64,000 nt of DNA, from assembly GCF_006345805.1 (NCBI RefSeq), contig NC_042998.1, forward strand, positions 155,186,001 through 155,250,000. Direction: 5' to 3'. This stretch comes from Octopus sinensis (Eukaryota). The notes beneath the pieces are model-generated. The model was not told the origin of the DNA. It was given only the letters and a program-made list of their open reading frames with translations, and did no database searches. The position numbers and the translations under genes were made by a program. Shown here in pieces: positions 38,400 to 51,345 of the stretch. Positions within the stretch are counted from its first letter, which is position 1. The number at the start of each line of letters is the position of its first letter.

Positions 38400-39745
38400 T
38401 CATCTCTCTATACTTTTTACTTATATTTCTAATATATTTTTATAAAACTTTTATATATTTATAGAGATATTGTTTTATAGGTTTATTGCCCATATATTTT
38501 TTTTACACATATTTTTTCTGTTTTCTACCTTCCATCCTGCATTTTTCCAGTGCATATATAGACATGTATATGGAATCTTTTGTGCATGCGTGTGGATGTG
38601 TGCATGTGTGTGAGTATGTGCATATATAGACATGTGAGTGTGCGTGCATGCAAGTATGTGCATTTATAGATGTGTTTTGGTTATTTTTACACTTCTTTTT
38701 TACACATTTTTCTGTATTTTGGCTTTAGCCCTGTTTTTCCTTGTGCATGTGCGTATATAAACATGTACATGAACTTTTTTTGTGCATGTGTGTGTGCGAG
38801 CGTGTATGCAGGTATGTATATATTCTTTGGCGAATATCTGGGTGCACTTGTGTGTGTGTACGAGCGTGTGTGCGGGTATGTATATATTTTTTGGCGAATG
38901 TGTGGGTGAACATGAGTGTGTTTAAAGTGAGGGTGGATGATTATATAGTTATAGGCGCATGTGTGTGGGTATGTCGACGCACCTGTGTATGTATGGACAT
39001 GCACAGTTATGCGAATACTATGAACATTTTTACTCCCTTACCTTTACTCCCTCCCTTGGTACGACTCTATAACACTGTCTCTCTCCCCTCTCCTACATTT
39101 CTCTGCCTTTCTTATTTTGCACTTCACTTTGATTTGTCTCTTTCTCGCTCTCTCTCTCTTCTCCTCCTCCTTGGTTCCTTGTTCCCCTTTTTTCTCTCTC
39201 TTCTCCCCCTCCTTAATTCTTCTGTCCCTCTTTTCCTCTCTCTTCTCCTCACACGTGACTGACTGACCGACTGCCAGCCTTTGGTGTTCAGCAGTCGTTG
39301 CGGCAAGACACATTTTTTTCTCTCTGCCCTAAGGCATTTTTCTAACATGCCAGCTCAAAGTTTACTCATCCTGTCGAAAGACGCCTGTTTGTGACGTCCT
39401 GTTTTTGTTATTATTATTATCATTATTGTTTTTACGTATTATTATTATTGCTTTTACGTATTTTTGTATTCATATTCGTGTAACATCATCCGTTTTTCCG
39501 TCTTTGCTTTGTATACATTCGAAGCTTTCTTCCAAGGAATCTAATGCACTTAGCTCAGATTTTCCTTGGGGCTGGCCAGATTGGAGCAATCTCAAGATTA
39601 ATCAGCCGAAATTGCGAGGATGATCCGGTTCTTGACTGAAGATTGAAGGCTACGAATGTCCCGTCCGTGTTTTTTGTATCGTCTTCTAAATGTTTTGCTT
39701 TCTTGCCCCAGTTTGTATTTTTTTACATATATATATATATATATT
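38400..39745 (-). mobile_element. Second Penelope-type 3' remnant (GIY-YIG end plus CA-rich tail), tail-to-tail with 36430-38365
   Basis: Minus strand LGQESKTFRRRYKKHGRDIR (GIY-YIG helix) followed by a long low-complexity tail. Confidence 0.55.
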
Positions 39746-40749
39746 GCAATACAAATGTAGTACTTTCTAGTAAGACAAAGCACCATAAGGGTAGAAGTAT
39801 ATATATAAAAACAGATAAGTGGCACCAATATTTACTGGAAAATAGCAATCGATGTAAATACAATGCTATTGTAAAGCTCTACTGCGTATATACTCGCAAA
39901 GACGTGTGTGTGCAACAAACATGAAATATTTGTCTTACCTCTAGGAAGAACATTAAAAAAATAGACTACCCAGAATTGGATAATGCAGGACTGGTTTTTG
40001 ACTCTTCAAATACATTAGACAACGTAAATTTTATCAGTCTTCATCAGCTGCATTTACCTAGACAATAGTAATGCGAGTATACTGGCATTGATGTCACAAC
40101 ACTTGAAATATTATCCACAGATAGTAACATTGATTTCAAGGCCTTCCCACATGAGTGACTGGTTATTCAAAGACATTTATAGATTGCAAATTTATTTTGT
40201 CCAGTTACGTATCAGTATAGTGGTCATTTGCAAACTCCAGAGGTGACACTTTCATTTCTCCTTAGCCCTCACGTCACATAGTTGTTAATGTTTATTTCAG
40301 TTGGGTCATGCCCTTCCAATTGCTATAGATTCGTAATGCATCTTACGGCTGTGCCTGTCACCTGCATGGTGAGGAATCCTACATTGGGAGTGGTAACGAC
40401 TAGTGTAGGGTAGTTGACTGCTTATTGTGATCATTCATCTTTTCGTTTCCTGTAGCTTTTTCCAGTGTCTATCGATACTGGAAAAAGGTTTAAGTATTTG
40501 TGAAGGGAACTTACTTCTCATCGACAACTGTGATTGTCACACGCTGATGACAGGTCAATACTCAGAAACTCGAGTCCGTGTGTATCATAAGTTGAAGATG
40601 GGAAGGATGGTTTCCCTTTGCAAATACTGATAGGGCACAGAAAGTGTGTCTATAGCCAGCTGGAGGAGGTGTCCTCCTGGTGCTACAAACTACAGTAGCA
40701 TCCATCCTTAGGGGTTAGCCATATTTAAATGGCAAATATACCTCACGAT

Positions 40750-42170
40750 GTGTTGTAGCTACTGTTTAAAACTTACTCTGAGGTTTATTATTACTCTCCT
40801 AGATGTATGTGGACATTCAAAAACTGCATTAAATAGATTTAGGAAATCCCTGAGAAGCTTCCTGAAGGATTTTAAAAATCTTAATATAATATTTGGTGTC
40901 AATTTAAGAGTAATGAATTTCCTAGGTGTTACCTTGGATCTGGTATGAGTTAGTATTACCCTTTTTGCAAGCCTAACAAATCCACCTCCAATATTAATGT
41001 CTCCTCAAATCATTGAAAATCCACCATAGATAGCATTGTTACTGCTATTTCAATAAGAATATCTAATTTGGAGATTTTTGATCCACATGCACCTGTTTAC
41101 AACTATGTTCTGTGTTTAAGTGGATTTAAGACTAAAATATCGTATATACCCAATACAAGATTTGAGAACAAACTGGCTGGCCTACCACCAGACCATGTTG
41201 CGGAAAATCTTGAGAAGCACAACACCTTAGTTAGCTGTAAAAAGTACAAGCCATCTGGTAGATATATACATGGGAACTTTAAGAACTAATTTTGAAAGAA
41301 AAATAACTGCCGTGAAATGTTAAGTAGAACTAAGAACTCTTGCTTTAGAAGGAGAGAAGTCATATGGTTTGCCCCCACCCACCCAGATCTTCTCTTAGGG
41401 TAAGGAACCTCCCAAGTTATTCTTTAAGCTTCTCAAGGTGAACTTCCCTAAGAGTCATAAATATCATACAATTTGTAATAAATTCACCATAAAGTTTTCC
41501 TAATCGGTAATGCCCAACTTAGCCTCTATCATGGCATCTATCAACAGAAGCAAATTAAGAGGGCAAATGCAAAAGGAGTTGTCCCACGTCACTGGTTATA
41601 GCAATGGGATTGTAAGCTCCAATAAACCTAACACTGGTATTACCAACCTTTCGCCCTTACCAACATTACCAACCCACACAATGCAGAGACTTGAAGTGAG
41701 GCATATAGCAGACCTGGTTAACAATGTTAGAATTAGGAATAAGGGTAGGGAAGAGCTGGTAAAACCTGTTACTTCAGAGACCCTAAATTATGCCCTTTGA
41801 AGGGATCATGTCTGATTACTAATGTGATTACTGATGTGCCTCATCAAAGAAGAGGCAGTTCAGATAGGATCTACATTGGTAGTGCCGTTAATTTTAAGGC
41901 TAGATACAGAGCCCATATAAATTCATTTCCTAATGATAAATACTGTAATTTGACTACATTGGCTTCTTACATACAGAGTTTAAGGAGGGGCAAAAGAATT
42001 TACAATCTTGAATGGTCTGTGATTTCAAGGGCCCCTTGTTTTAGTGCCAATATTAATAAATGTAGGTTATGCATAAGGAAATCTCTCGCCATTCTCAAAA
42101 CTTTTGGACCTAAAACATTAAATAAGTTCACTGTAATCATAAATTTTCTTCAATGTTTTTAAAAATATAT
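40750..42170 (+). mobile_element. Degenerate Penelope-like element (RT C-terminus plus GIY-YIG)
   Basis: MNFLGVTLDL, INVSSNH, IYIGSAVNFKARYRAHINSF, LEWSVISRA, KCRLC. Confidence 0.85.
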
Positions 42171-42227
42171 AGGAAAAAGATTAAAGGTTTTAAATAGTAT
42201 TACATTACTAGACTTTGATATCGGATA

Positions 42228-43852
42228 CACTGTGCAATACTCAAAAAAGTACAAGAGATCTGTGGCCATTTTTATATGCAAAATGACATGGGAAATCCAT
42301 CTCTGGCCTTCTTTTTGTTGAATTAGGCATAGTTTCTACACAATTGTCACTGTATACTCTTTTTGTCATTATTATTAAATTAAATTCTCTACCACATTGT
42401 AAAATGGGTTTCAACCCAGGGCTAGAGACCAATCTTAGTAACACCTAAAATGTGATTCAAAGCTTGTGTTTAATATTATTTTTTATCGTTCAGATCTTAT
42501 TTGTTTTCAACAATGAGTGCAAGACAGTGCAAAAATGATCCAAACAGATTCTGTTATATCTGTGGGGAATTGACATTTGCATGAAAAGGGCAGTATTACA
42601 TGCCATATCAAGAAAATATACAAGGCATACTTCGATTGTTACTTAGGAGACCAGGATAAGTCATGGGCTCCTCATGTGTGTTGCCTTACATGTGTGAAGA
42701 CATTGAGTGCCTGGTAGGCAGGAAAAAATGCTCACATGAAGTTTGGTGTACCAAGGATTTGGTGTAAGCAGAAAGATCACTCTAATGATTGCTATTTCTG
42801 TCACCATGACTTTACGGGCTGTACAACAGCAAAGAAAAAGAAACACATTGTTTACCCAAAGTTGCAATCAGCAATGTGCCCAATAGAACACTCAGAAAAT
42901 TTACCTGTGCCCAAACCTCCAGATCAAGAAATGCAGAGTTCCAGCAGTGCTGATGAACATTCCAGTGGTGAATGTGGAGAGCCCAATGATCCAGAAAGCG
43001 AGAATAAACCAATACCATTTTCTCAAGAGGCTGTAAATGACTTGTGCAGGGATCTTTATTTAACCAAAGAGAAAAGTGAGTTTCTGGCATCAAGGCTTCA
43101 AGAATGTAATCTTCTTGAGAAAGGAGTGAAAATAACACTGTACAGAAAACGTACAGAGGATCTGCTTGCATTATTCACCATGAAGGATGACTTATGCTTT
43201 TGTAATGATATCACTGAACTTCTTGAGCAACTGGAAATACCATATGATAAAACCAACTGGCAACTTTTCATAGATGCATCCAAGGACAGCATCAAAGCTG
43301 TTCTGCTACACAATGGTAGCACTCTGCCTTCTGTTCCCATAGCTTATAGCACAACCATAAAAGAATCATATGAAAATCTGAAAGCAATTCTAACAAGCAT
43401 ACAGTATGATGACCATACCTGGCATATCTGTGCAGATTTTAAGGTTGTGGCCATGCTTACTGGCCTTCAGCTTGGCTATACTAAATTTTGCTGCTTCCTT
43501 TGCTTATGGAATTCCAGAGCAAAAGCTGAACATTATGTACACAAGGATTGGCCGATCCGAGATGAAATTGAGCAAGAAAACACAACATTATGTACAAACC
43601 ACTTGTGAAAAGTGATGGAATTTTTTTACCACCTTTGCATATTAAACTTGTTTTCTTTAAGCAATTCATGAAAGCCTTGGACAAGGAATCCTCCACATTT
43701 GCATACCTTGCAGAAAAGTTCTCTTCCCTGAGTCAAGCTAAAATTAAAGAAGGTTTCTTCATAGGTCCCCAAATTCGAAAAATTGTACTTGATGAAACCT
43801 TCATCACATATCTCAAGAGAAAAGAGAAGCTTGCCTTTGAGTCATTCAAGAA
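42228..43852 (+). mobile_element. DNA transposon, tentatively Chapaev3-like (CMC); 3' end missing
   Basis: 5' CACTGTGCAA terminus. Transposase from 42513: CKNDPNRFCYICG, QDKSWAPHVCC, KDHSNDCYFC, LFIDASK, ICADFKV, YTKFCCFLC, LPPLHIKL. The 290-aa frame 42736-43608 is open. Confidence 0.7.
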
Positions 43853-43856
43853 ATGA

Positions 43857-44087
43857 TTTTTATATATTTATGTGTTGTGGAATATAGATATAATGAAATT
43901 ATGCCAGTAATGTCGCATTTTAAACTTGAAGAAAAAAGCCTTGCATATTTGTTCTTACCTGCTTCATGTGTGTATGTAAAATCTGTAAGAACAAATATGC
44001 AAAGCTCTTTTTCTTCAAGTTTAAAATGTGACATTGCTGGCATAATTTCATTATATTTATATTCCACAACACATAAATACATAAAAA
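43857..44087. repeat. Foldback hairpin: ~102-bp arms, 26-nt loop
   Basis: 43857-43958 is reverse-complementary to 43985-44087. Confidence 0.9.
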
Positions 44088-44205
44088 CAGAACAGGCACA
44101 CAGACACAGACAAGAACAAGCACGCACACGCACAGACAAGAACAAGCATGCACATGCACATACACAAGAACAAGCATGTACACACAGACAGAGGAACAAG
44201 TGCGC

Positions 44206-44236
<31 letters not shown>

Positions 44237-44255
44237 GAGGAACAAGCACACACGT
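44088..44255 (+). repeat. Degenerate CACACAGACAAGAACAAGCA minisatellite
   Basis: Visible ~22-24-bp units interleaved with (CA)n. Confidence 0.75.
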
Positions 44256-44299
44256 ACAACCGAAATTATGCTGAGTTTTTTTTTTTAAAAAAGACTTTG

Positions 44300-45260
44300 A
44301 AAGAAAACAATTAATTATAAATGATGGCAGACCAATGCTAAAATTACCGAATTTGCAAAGTTCCAACAAGAAATATATTCGACAATTTCAGACTAATTTA
44401 TATGAAAAGAAAATATGGTTAGCTGGAAGTACTAGACTAAATTATTTTGCTGGTCATGGTTGTTATTTGGTTTAGAAAAAACTGTTTGGAGTGATAATGG
44501 TTATGATGATTAGACAATATACATATGGCCTTGCTAAAACATGAACGTTCTGAAAGACATATAAAATCTTTGATAGATCTTAAAACATTTGGGAATATTT
44601 GCAAAGACTTACAATTACATGCATATAAAAAAAGCAGGGATTGCAAAAGCATAATAAGAGGTTAGGCAAAATAGATACATTCTGTGGCACTAGATCGGTG
44701 CAGTTATTTTTCTTGGTTGCCAGGAATTATCATTCTGGGGTCATTTTGAGTCCAAAAAATCCAATAATCGTGAAAATTATATTTTCTTATATTTAATCAG
44801 TAAATATGACAAAAAATTGGCAAGCTATCTTAATAGTCTCTGTTTTCTCAGGTCTCTCAAACAGAATTCAAAATGACTTGATTGAAGCATCTTCAAAAGT
44901 TATGTTGGATGAAATAGAAAATGAACTGAAGCAGGCAAAATTTGTAGCTATTCTTGTAGATGAAACATCCAATGTATCAAAATATTCACAACTGTCATCT
45001 GTTTTACATTATGTTACGAAAGATTGCATTATTAAAGAAAAAATTATCAGTTTTAACGATGTTAGTGCAGATCATTCAGCAAATGCTTTATTTGAACACA
45101 TTTTTAAATGTATTGAAACATGCACAAACTTATGATGTTGCCGCTACCGTGGTAGGACAGTTAAATGTATTGCAATCAAAAATAAGAGAGAAATATGAAT
45201 GTGCAATCTTTATTCATTTTTTACAAATCACATAAAAAGGCTAATGTGTTAGATAACATA
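44300..45260 (+). mobile_element. hAT transposase remnant (ZMYM1/Tip100-like)
   Basis: SNRIQNDLIEA...FVAILVDETSNVSKYSQLSSVLHYV; N-terminal RQFQTNLYEKKIWL zinc-finger remnant. Confidence 0.75.
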
Positions 45261-45479
45261 GTTAAAAAAGATTTTTCAAAGCTACAGGAACTAGATGGAA
45301 ATACTCCTTGCATCTTGTTCTTACTATAAAAGAAAATTGTAATTTCCTAATCATCCTTTTTGAAGACATCATTGAAAATCCTGAAGCATGGAATGAGCTT
45401 TGTTTCCTTTCAGGTAAGCTGACATCTGACTGATCAAAGAAGACTTCAAATGTAACTGGTAGCAACTTCTCTCAAAAAT

Positions 45480-48430
45480 AGATAAAATTTGGAATCATGA
45501 TGGTACTATGTACCTTCAGAAAAAGGCTTTGGTCTCAAAGGATGTCCATGCTGACATGGTTGTTACATTACAGGATAATGCTCCAGTTTTATCAACAGTG
45601 CAAAAGTAGGCTGCTGAATTTAGGAGAAAGGAGAGTCTTGAAGATGATCCAAGGTTTGGACGTCCCACAGCTGCCACTACTGAGGAAAACATTGATTGTG
45701 TTTACCACATGTTGATGGATAACAGGTGATTGACTACAAATGAAATAGCCAATGTTATTACTAATAACAGGACATTTGCCATAAATGCCTTAAATGCCTA
45801 TAACACCTTATATGCTATAAATGTCGATATAATGCCATAAATGCCTATATAATGCCTGTTATTTAATAGTAACGAATCATTAGGAAATGCATCCAGTTCT
45901 ATTGCTGTTTCTGTTCATCTGTGGACCATAATTTCAACCAGGATTTGTGCAAAGCTTTTATTGATGCAGATATACCAATATGGAAATTAACAAATAAAAG
46001 TTTGGAATCATATTTGGAGAAGTACACTGAGAAAAGTATTGCAAACGAATCAACTCTTAGAAAATACTATGTAGACAAATATTATGCAGAAACTATGAGC
46101 AAGATCAGGGAAGCTGTTGGAGATAAGCAAATTTGGATTTCGATAGATGAAATCACTGATTTGTTGGGCAGGCACCTTGTGAATGTTATTGTAGGTACTT
46201 TAGAAAAGTCCGATAGCCATAGCATGCATTTACTAACATCAGAATTTCTTACTGCTACTAATAGTTATACTATCACTCATCCGTTTACTTCTTCTTTAGC
46301 ATTACTGTGGGCTGATAGTTTCAAGTATGACACTGTGTTATTATTTGTGATAGATGCTGCACCTTATATGAAAAAGGCTGCTAAAACATTACAGGTTCTG
46401 TTCCCCATCATGATCCATGTAACATGTTTAATATATGGATAGCATAGAATTGTTGAAGAAGTACACTTACTATTTCAAAATGCTGACAGGTTGATTGCAA
46501 ATGGTAAAGAAATATTTCTTAAATCTCCATGTAGGTGTGAACTTCTCTGCAAACATGCACCAACACTGAGTTTACTTCTGCAACCTGTTCTCATGAGATG
46601 TGGGATGTGGATAACCACTGCATCAATATTATTCCTCAAATTTTGATACTTGAAATAAAATTTTTAATGCATTAAACAGTGAAGAAGCTTCCTCTACATG
46701 TATTGTCCAATATTTTATTCTCAACTCCAGTGTTCATAGTGATCTCTCCTTTATTGTTGCATATTTTCAAATGCTACCACAAACTACACTAGCTTTAGAA
46801 AATCAGATATTTCTATGCTAGAAGCTCTATATTTGACAGCAGAATTGAAAAGGTGAGGAGTACTCCTGGAGAGAATGGCAGACACATTGCTAAAAAGTGC
46901 CAAAAAGTGATTGACACCAATACTGGCCAACAACAGATTAATGATATTGCAAAAGTTCTTAAAGGGGCAAATAAACAATATGTTGAAAAGCTCTCGCCAA
47001 GTGGCATAGCATCTTTCAGACATGCACCTTTGACATTGGTCAAAGTTGAAAGGTCTTTTTCAAAACTAAAACATATGCTTTCAGATCGAAGGTTGGATTT
47101 GACCTGTGAAAACGTAAAGAAAGCTTATAGTGACATCTTGTAATAATACCTATTGTAATGGTGGTGATGTTTAAACGTTTTTGGTTATTGTGGTTTGGCA
47201 TTATTTTCTTAGTTTTATTTAATTTCTATTTTTAGAAAGAGTGTTCTCTTTTCTATCTATATGTTTTCTTATTAAAACTTTTTCGTTTCATATGGATTAT
47301 AAATTCCATTAATCAAATTGTACAAAATTGTTATCTTATTTAACATTGAAATAAATATTTTCAGTTTTGACTAATTTCATTTTATTGCCTGTGTTTTAAA
47401 CACTTTCTACTGAAAAATAAACAGGCTTAACCCTTGCTTCATGACTATATTTATGATCCTATCAGCATATCTCGTTAAGCAATACTTCCTCTTCATTACA
47501 CAATACTAATTTTTAGTGCCATAAACATCTACATACCCTATAAATACTATGTTTACTTGTTTAAATTCCTATTTGTTAGTGGTATAAATGCCTATTTTAG
47601 TGCAATAAATGCCTGCCATACATGCCTCTTTTTAAGTGCCTTAATGTCCTGTCCTTAGTTATTAGCATATTCTGTGAGAGAGTTGAGAATACTCTGCACA
47701 ATATGAACTTGGTTCATGCTTGATGGGTGACACCTGATCAAAAGCGCACCAGGTTGATCACATTATAGGAATATCTGACATTGTTTGAGGCAGATCCAGC
47801 TAGTTTCCTTGAACATTTTCTAGGATGTGTGTTGGCTTCATCACTTTCAACAGAAACAAAGAGACAATCTATGCAGTAGAAACACTCCTCTTCACCCGCT
47901 CCAAAGAAAGCAGGGAAGGTGATGGCCTTAGTTTTTGGAATGCAAAAGGCATTCTGTTTATTGACTATCTTCAAACTGATCACACTATCAATGGAGAGTT
48001 CTATGCCAACTTGCTAAGGCAGTTGCGACAGGCTATCAAGATCAAATGCCCAGAAAAACTGATGAAGGGGTTCTTGTTTCATTAGGATAATGCTTCAGTA
48101 GACAAGTACTTGGTTTCAATGGCTGCTGTGCATGACTGGCTTTGAACTGGTTGACCACTTTATTTCAGTGATTTGGGTCTATTTGACTATCATCTGTTTC
48201 CCAATATGAAAAAATCACTTGGCTGGGCACCAGTATCGCAGGCATTTATCAGTCTTAATGATGTTAGTGCAGATTGTTCAGCAAATACTTTGTCTGAACA
48301 TGTTTTAAATGCACCAGGTCTTATCTGATGTTAATGACTTTTTTGACCAACAAAGTAGCTTCTTCATCAATGTGATCCAAGCACTGCTACACAGATAGAA
48401 GTGTGTGAACAGTAAGAGGAACTAAGTTAA
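45480..48430 (+). mobile_element. Mariner transposase remnant split by the hAT insertion at 45761-47658
   Basis: ESLEDDPRFGRP..TTEENID..NEIANVI | SI..RVENTLH..FWNAKGILFIDYLQ..TINGEFYANLL. Confidence 0.8.
45761..47658 (+). mobile_element. hAT-superfamily (CGGBP1-like) transposon with terminal inverted repeats and short target-site duplication
   Basis: Termini CTAATAACAGGACATT / AATGTCCTGTCCTTAG (14/16). TTATTA on both sides. Subterminal TAAATGCC repeats. Transposase ESTLRKYYV, WISIDE, FVIDAAPYMKK, VERSFSKLKHML. Confidence 0.85.
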
Positions 48431-48557
48431 GAGTATGGGTACTGCAAATGCATTGTGGGATATTGTCTTATATAAGAATAAAGCTCTGACTGCTATATCT
48501 CTTTGATTACTCTTCCCTTGTTCACATTGCCAGTGTATGATGTATTCATATAAATAC

Positions 48558-48669
48558 CTACATATCTGTTGTATTTTTGTGGAACAGGGAAGACAGAGAG
48601 ACTATTGACACAACTTTTCGGGTTAACTATTAGTTTTTCTTTTAGGAGAATATTATCTTTCATCACAGG
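48558..48669 (-). CDS. 112-nt exon PVMKDNILLKEKLIVNPKSCVNSLSVFPVPQKYNRYV
   Basis: Acceptor TTTTATTTTAAAAG and donor TAG|GTATTT; open, phase 0 to 1. Confidence 0.6.
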
Positions 48670-49013
48670 CTTTTAAAATAAAATGAAAAAATTATTGTAG
48701 ATATATTGATTTCAAGACTAAATTCATTGTAAATATTTATTTACATCTTAAACAGATTTATGAAGAGGAGTAAAACTATGAAAATATGAGAACTAGGTTT
48801 ATTTGAAATTACTCATATATCTACTTTTTATATCCACATTTCAATGTATCTTCTGAGTAATTTTTCTAAAGATACATACTTCAATTTTTAGCTTGTAGCT
48901 GAAAATGACTTTCTGTTAAACAAAACTTCAGTATATAACAATGCAAAAGGGGAAACAATTGAGATTAACAATTAAAATTTAGATTTTAAAAAGATGGAGG
49001 AAGAAAATATTAC

Positions 49014-49247
49014 TAACCCAAAATTGGCATATTGATCAACAAATACACCAAGTTCCACTAGGAAAGCATCAGAGATACTTGGCAAAACCATACTGTCTGA
49101 GGGCGCAGGAGGTTGCAAAAATGTATTTGCCAAACTAAATGCATTAGCTTTTGAGGTATCATTACATTCAGAAGCATTTTCTGCTAATTCAGTTAGTTCT
49201 GGCATTTTCATGTGTTTCATTTGTTCACGTTTTCTGGCAAGATTATT
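49014..49247 (-). CDS. 234-nt exon NNLARKREQMKHMKMPELTELAENASEC...DQYANFGL
   Basis: Very strong acceptor TTTTGTTTTTTCCTCAG; 78 open codons. Donor TTA|GTAATA (phase 0) or GG|GTTAGT. Confidence 0.65.
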
Positions 49248-49419
49248 CTGAGGAAAAAACAAAATAGAAAAAAAATATTAATAATTTAGAAAAATTGATA
49301 AATTCTTATATGAACCAACTACAAACTTTTACTGTAACAAAGATACATTTCTCCTAAATGAATCAACCTATAAAAATATTTCACTCATTTTCACTAAGCA
49401 AATGGAAAGGCCCACTGTA

Positions 49420-50400
49420 ATTGTTGCCTTAAAAATACAGCACAATGATGCTGGGATAGCTCAGTTCCTGAAAGTTTTGAATCCTTAGTTGTCAAAGTTT
49501 GGAAGGAGCTGGAATCTGTTGATGGCGATTCAACACCAGCAGCTAAATGTAAAATGCATGCACAGGGTCCTAATACCATCAGAACACATAACCTTATACA
49601 AAAAGTCCAAGAAATAATCAATGAAAACTCCAGAAAATCAATCAAACCTCTCAGTTTCAGAATGCACTATCAGAAGAGTAGTGCATTCAGTACAAGTCAT
49701 ACATGATGCAGAAGGGTCAGTTTATGTTGGATGTGACAAGAGAAATCGTTTACTCCATGCAAGTGCTTGCTAAACAAGTCAAAATACCTAGAGGCTGTAA
49801 TCTTTGGCTTTTCTCTATGAGAAAAACTTCAGTCAGGACCAAAAAGTAAACCGAATGAAAAGCATACAGCTACACAGAGATAAAAATTAGATTCCAATGG
49901 TCATGTATACTAAGTTCTCAGTAGCTGTGATGGTTTGGGGAGTTATCAGCAACAGTGGAGATGTCATGCCTCTTCACTGTTTTTCACAGGGCTTAAGAGT
50001 CAATGCCACTGTCTACACAGAGGTGTTGGAGAAAGTTGAGGCCCTGAATAGACAGAGTACACAATGGAATACTGTACATATTCCAATGCTGTCTCATAAG
50101 GTGAGGACAACCCAAGAATAGATGCATGCCAACCTCCATGGCCATGTTCTTCCAGACACATGGCTTCCTAGTACACCAAACCTCAATCCACTGGACTATT
50201 ACATGTGGGGCATAGTCAAAACAGAGGTCAATCAACACCTTCATAACACCATACAATCTCTTAAGCCCATCATAATCATCACTGTGTCCAAAATTAATAA
50301 AGTTCATCTGATTCAGGCATGCCAACACTTCCAACCCTGTATTGAAGCAACTACTGCTGCTAATGGTGGAATCATTGAATAAGTGTGTAGTTTCAAATAC
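49420..50400 (+). mobile_element. Degenerate Tc1/mariner (maT/DD37D-like) transposase
   Basis: VMVWGVISNSGDVMP, LRVNATVYTEVL, WLPSTPNLNPLDYYMWG. Confidence 0.7.
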
Positions 50401-50924
50401 AGCTTTTCTTTGATGAGCAATGTGTCTTTTTTTTAAATCCATACAAATGGCCTCAAATTACCTTTAAATCCATACAAATGACCTCAAAAAGCTGATGTCC
50501 TATGTAATATAATTGTATCTGGATGATTGTGAATGAGACATAATGAGTATGAGGCTATGCATATATTTTGAGGAGAGGTGGGAAAATTAGTGAGAGGATG
50601 AATCCTTGTGCTAACCTTGACAGAATCAGTAATTAATCAAAATGTATGTGATTGTAAGCTTGGCTCACAGAATTTACATACACACATGCACACTTGATTA
50701 CTTGTTAATTCATTTCTGGCTCTTTAGCCTTCCTCAATGGGTTATCTCTCTTTGGTATTTCCCACTGAGGAAGACTAAAGAGCCAGAAATGCACATCTGA
50801 AAATTCACAGAGGGAATCACTGGGCAGTGAATTTGCCTTTAGAAGTTAAAATATGTCAGAAACATATTTAACTAACCTGAAGTTCATTTATACTTCATCG
50901 CTGCTTTGTACTGATGCTCCTATA

Positions 50925-51345
50925 TCATTATCATCATCATTTAACAACTGTTTTCCATGCTAGCAAGAGTTGACTGGCTTCACAGGAGCTGGCAATCCAG
51001 AGGACTACATTGTCTTCTACTGTTTGTTTTGATATGGTTTTTGCAATTGGATGCCCTTCCTAATGCCAACCACTTTACAGATTGGATTGTGTGTTTTTCA
51101 CATGGAGTCAGCACTAGTGAGGTCTGTTTTGGCATGGTTTTTACAGCTAGATGCCCTTCCTAACACCAGCTACTTTACAGAGTGGACCAGGTGCTTTTCA
51201 TGTGGCACCAGCACTGGCAAAGTCTATTTTGGCATGATTTTTTTTTTATTGTGGAATTTTCTTCCTAATGCCAACCACTTTACAGTGTGGACTGGATGTT
51301 TTTTACATGTCACCAGCACTGGCAAAGTCACCAAGAAGCTTGCAA
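50925..51345 (-). mobile_element. RTE-type 3' UTR fragment with (ATC)n tail and tandem units
   Basis: GGATGCCCTTCCTAATGCCAACCACTTTACAG repeated three times. Confidence 0.7.

Noticed and set aside
39625-39665. CTGAAGA hammerhead-like core on the plus strand
   Set aside because: No GAAA or stems; it is antisense to a GIY-YIG coding remnant.
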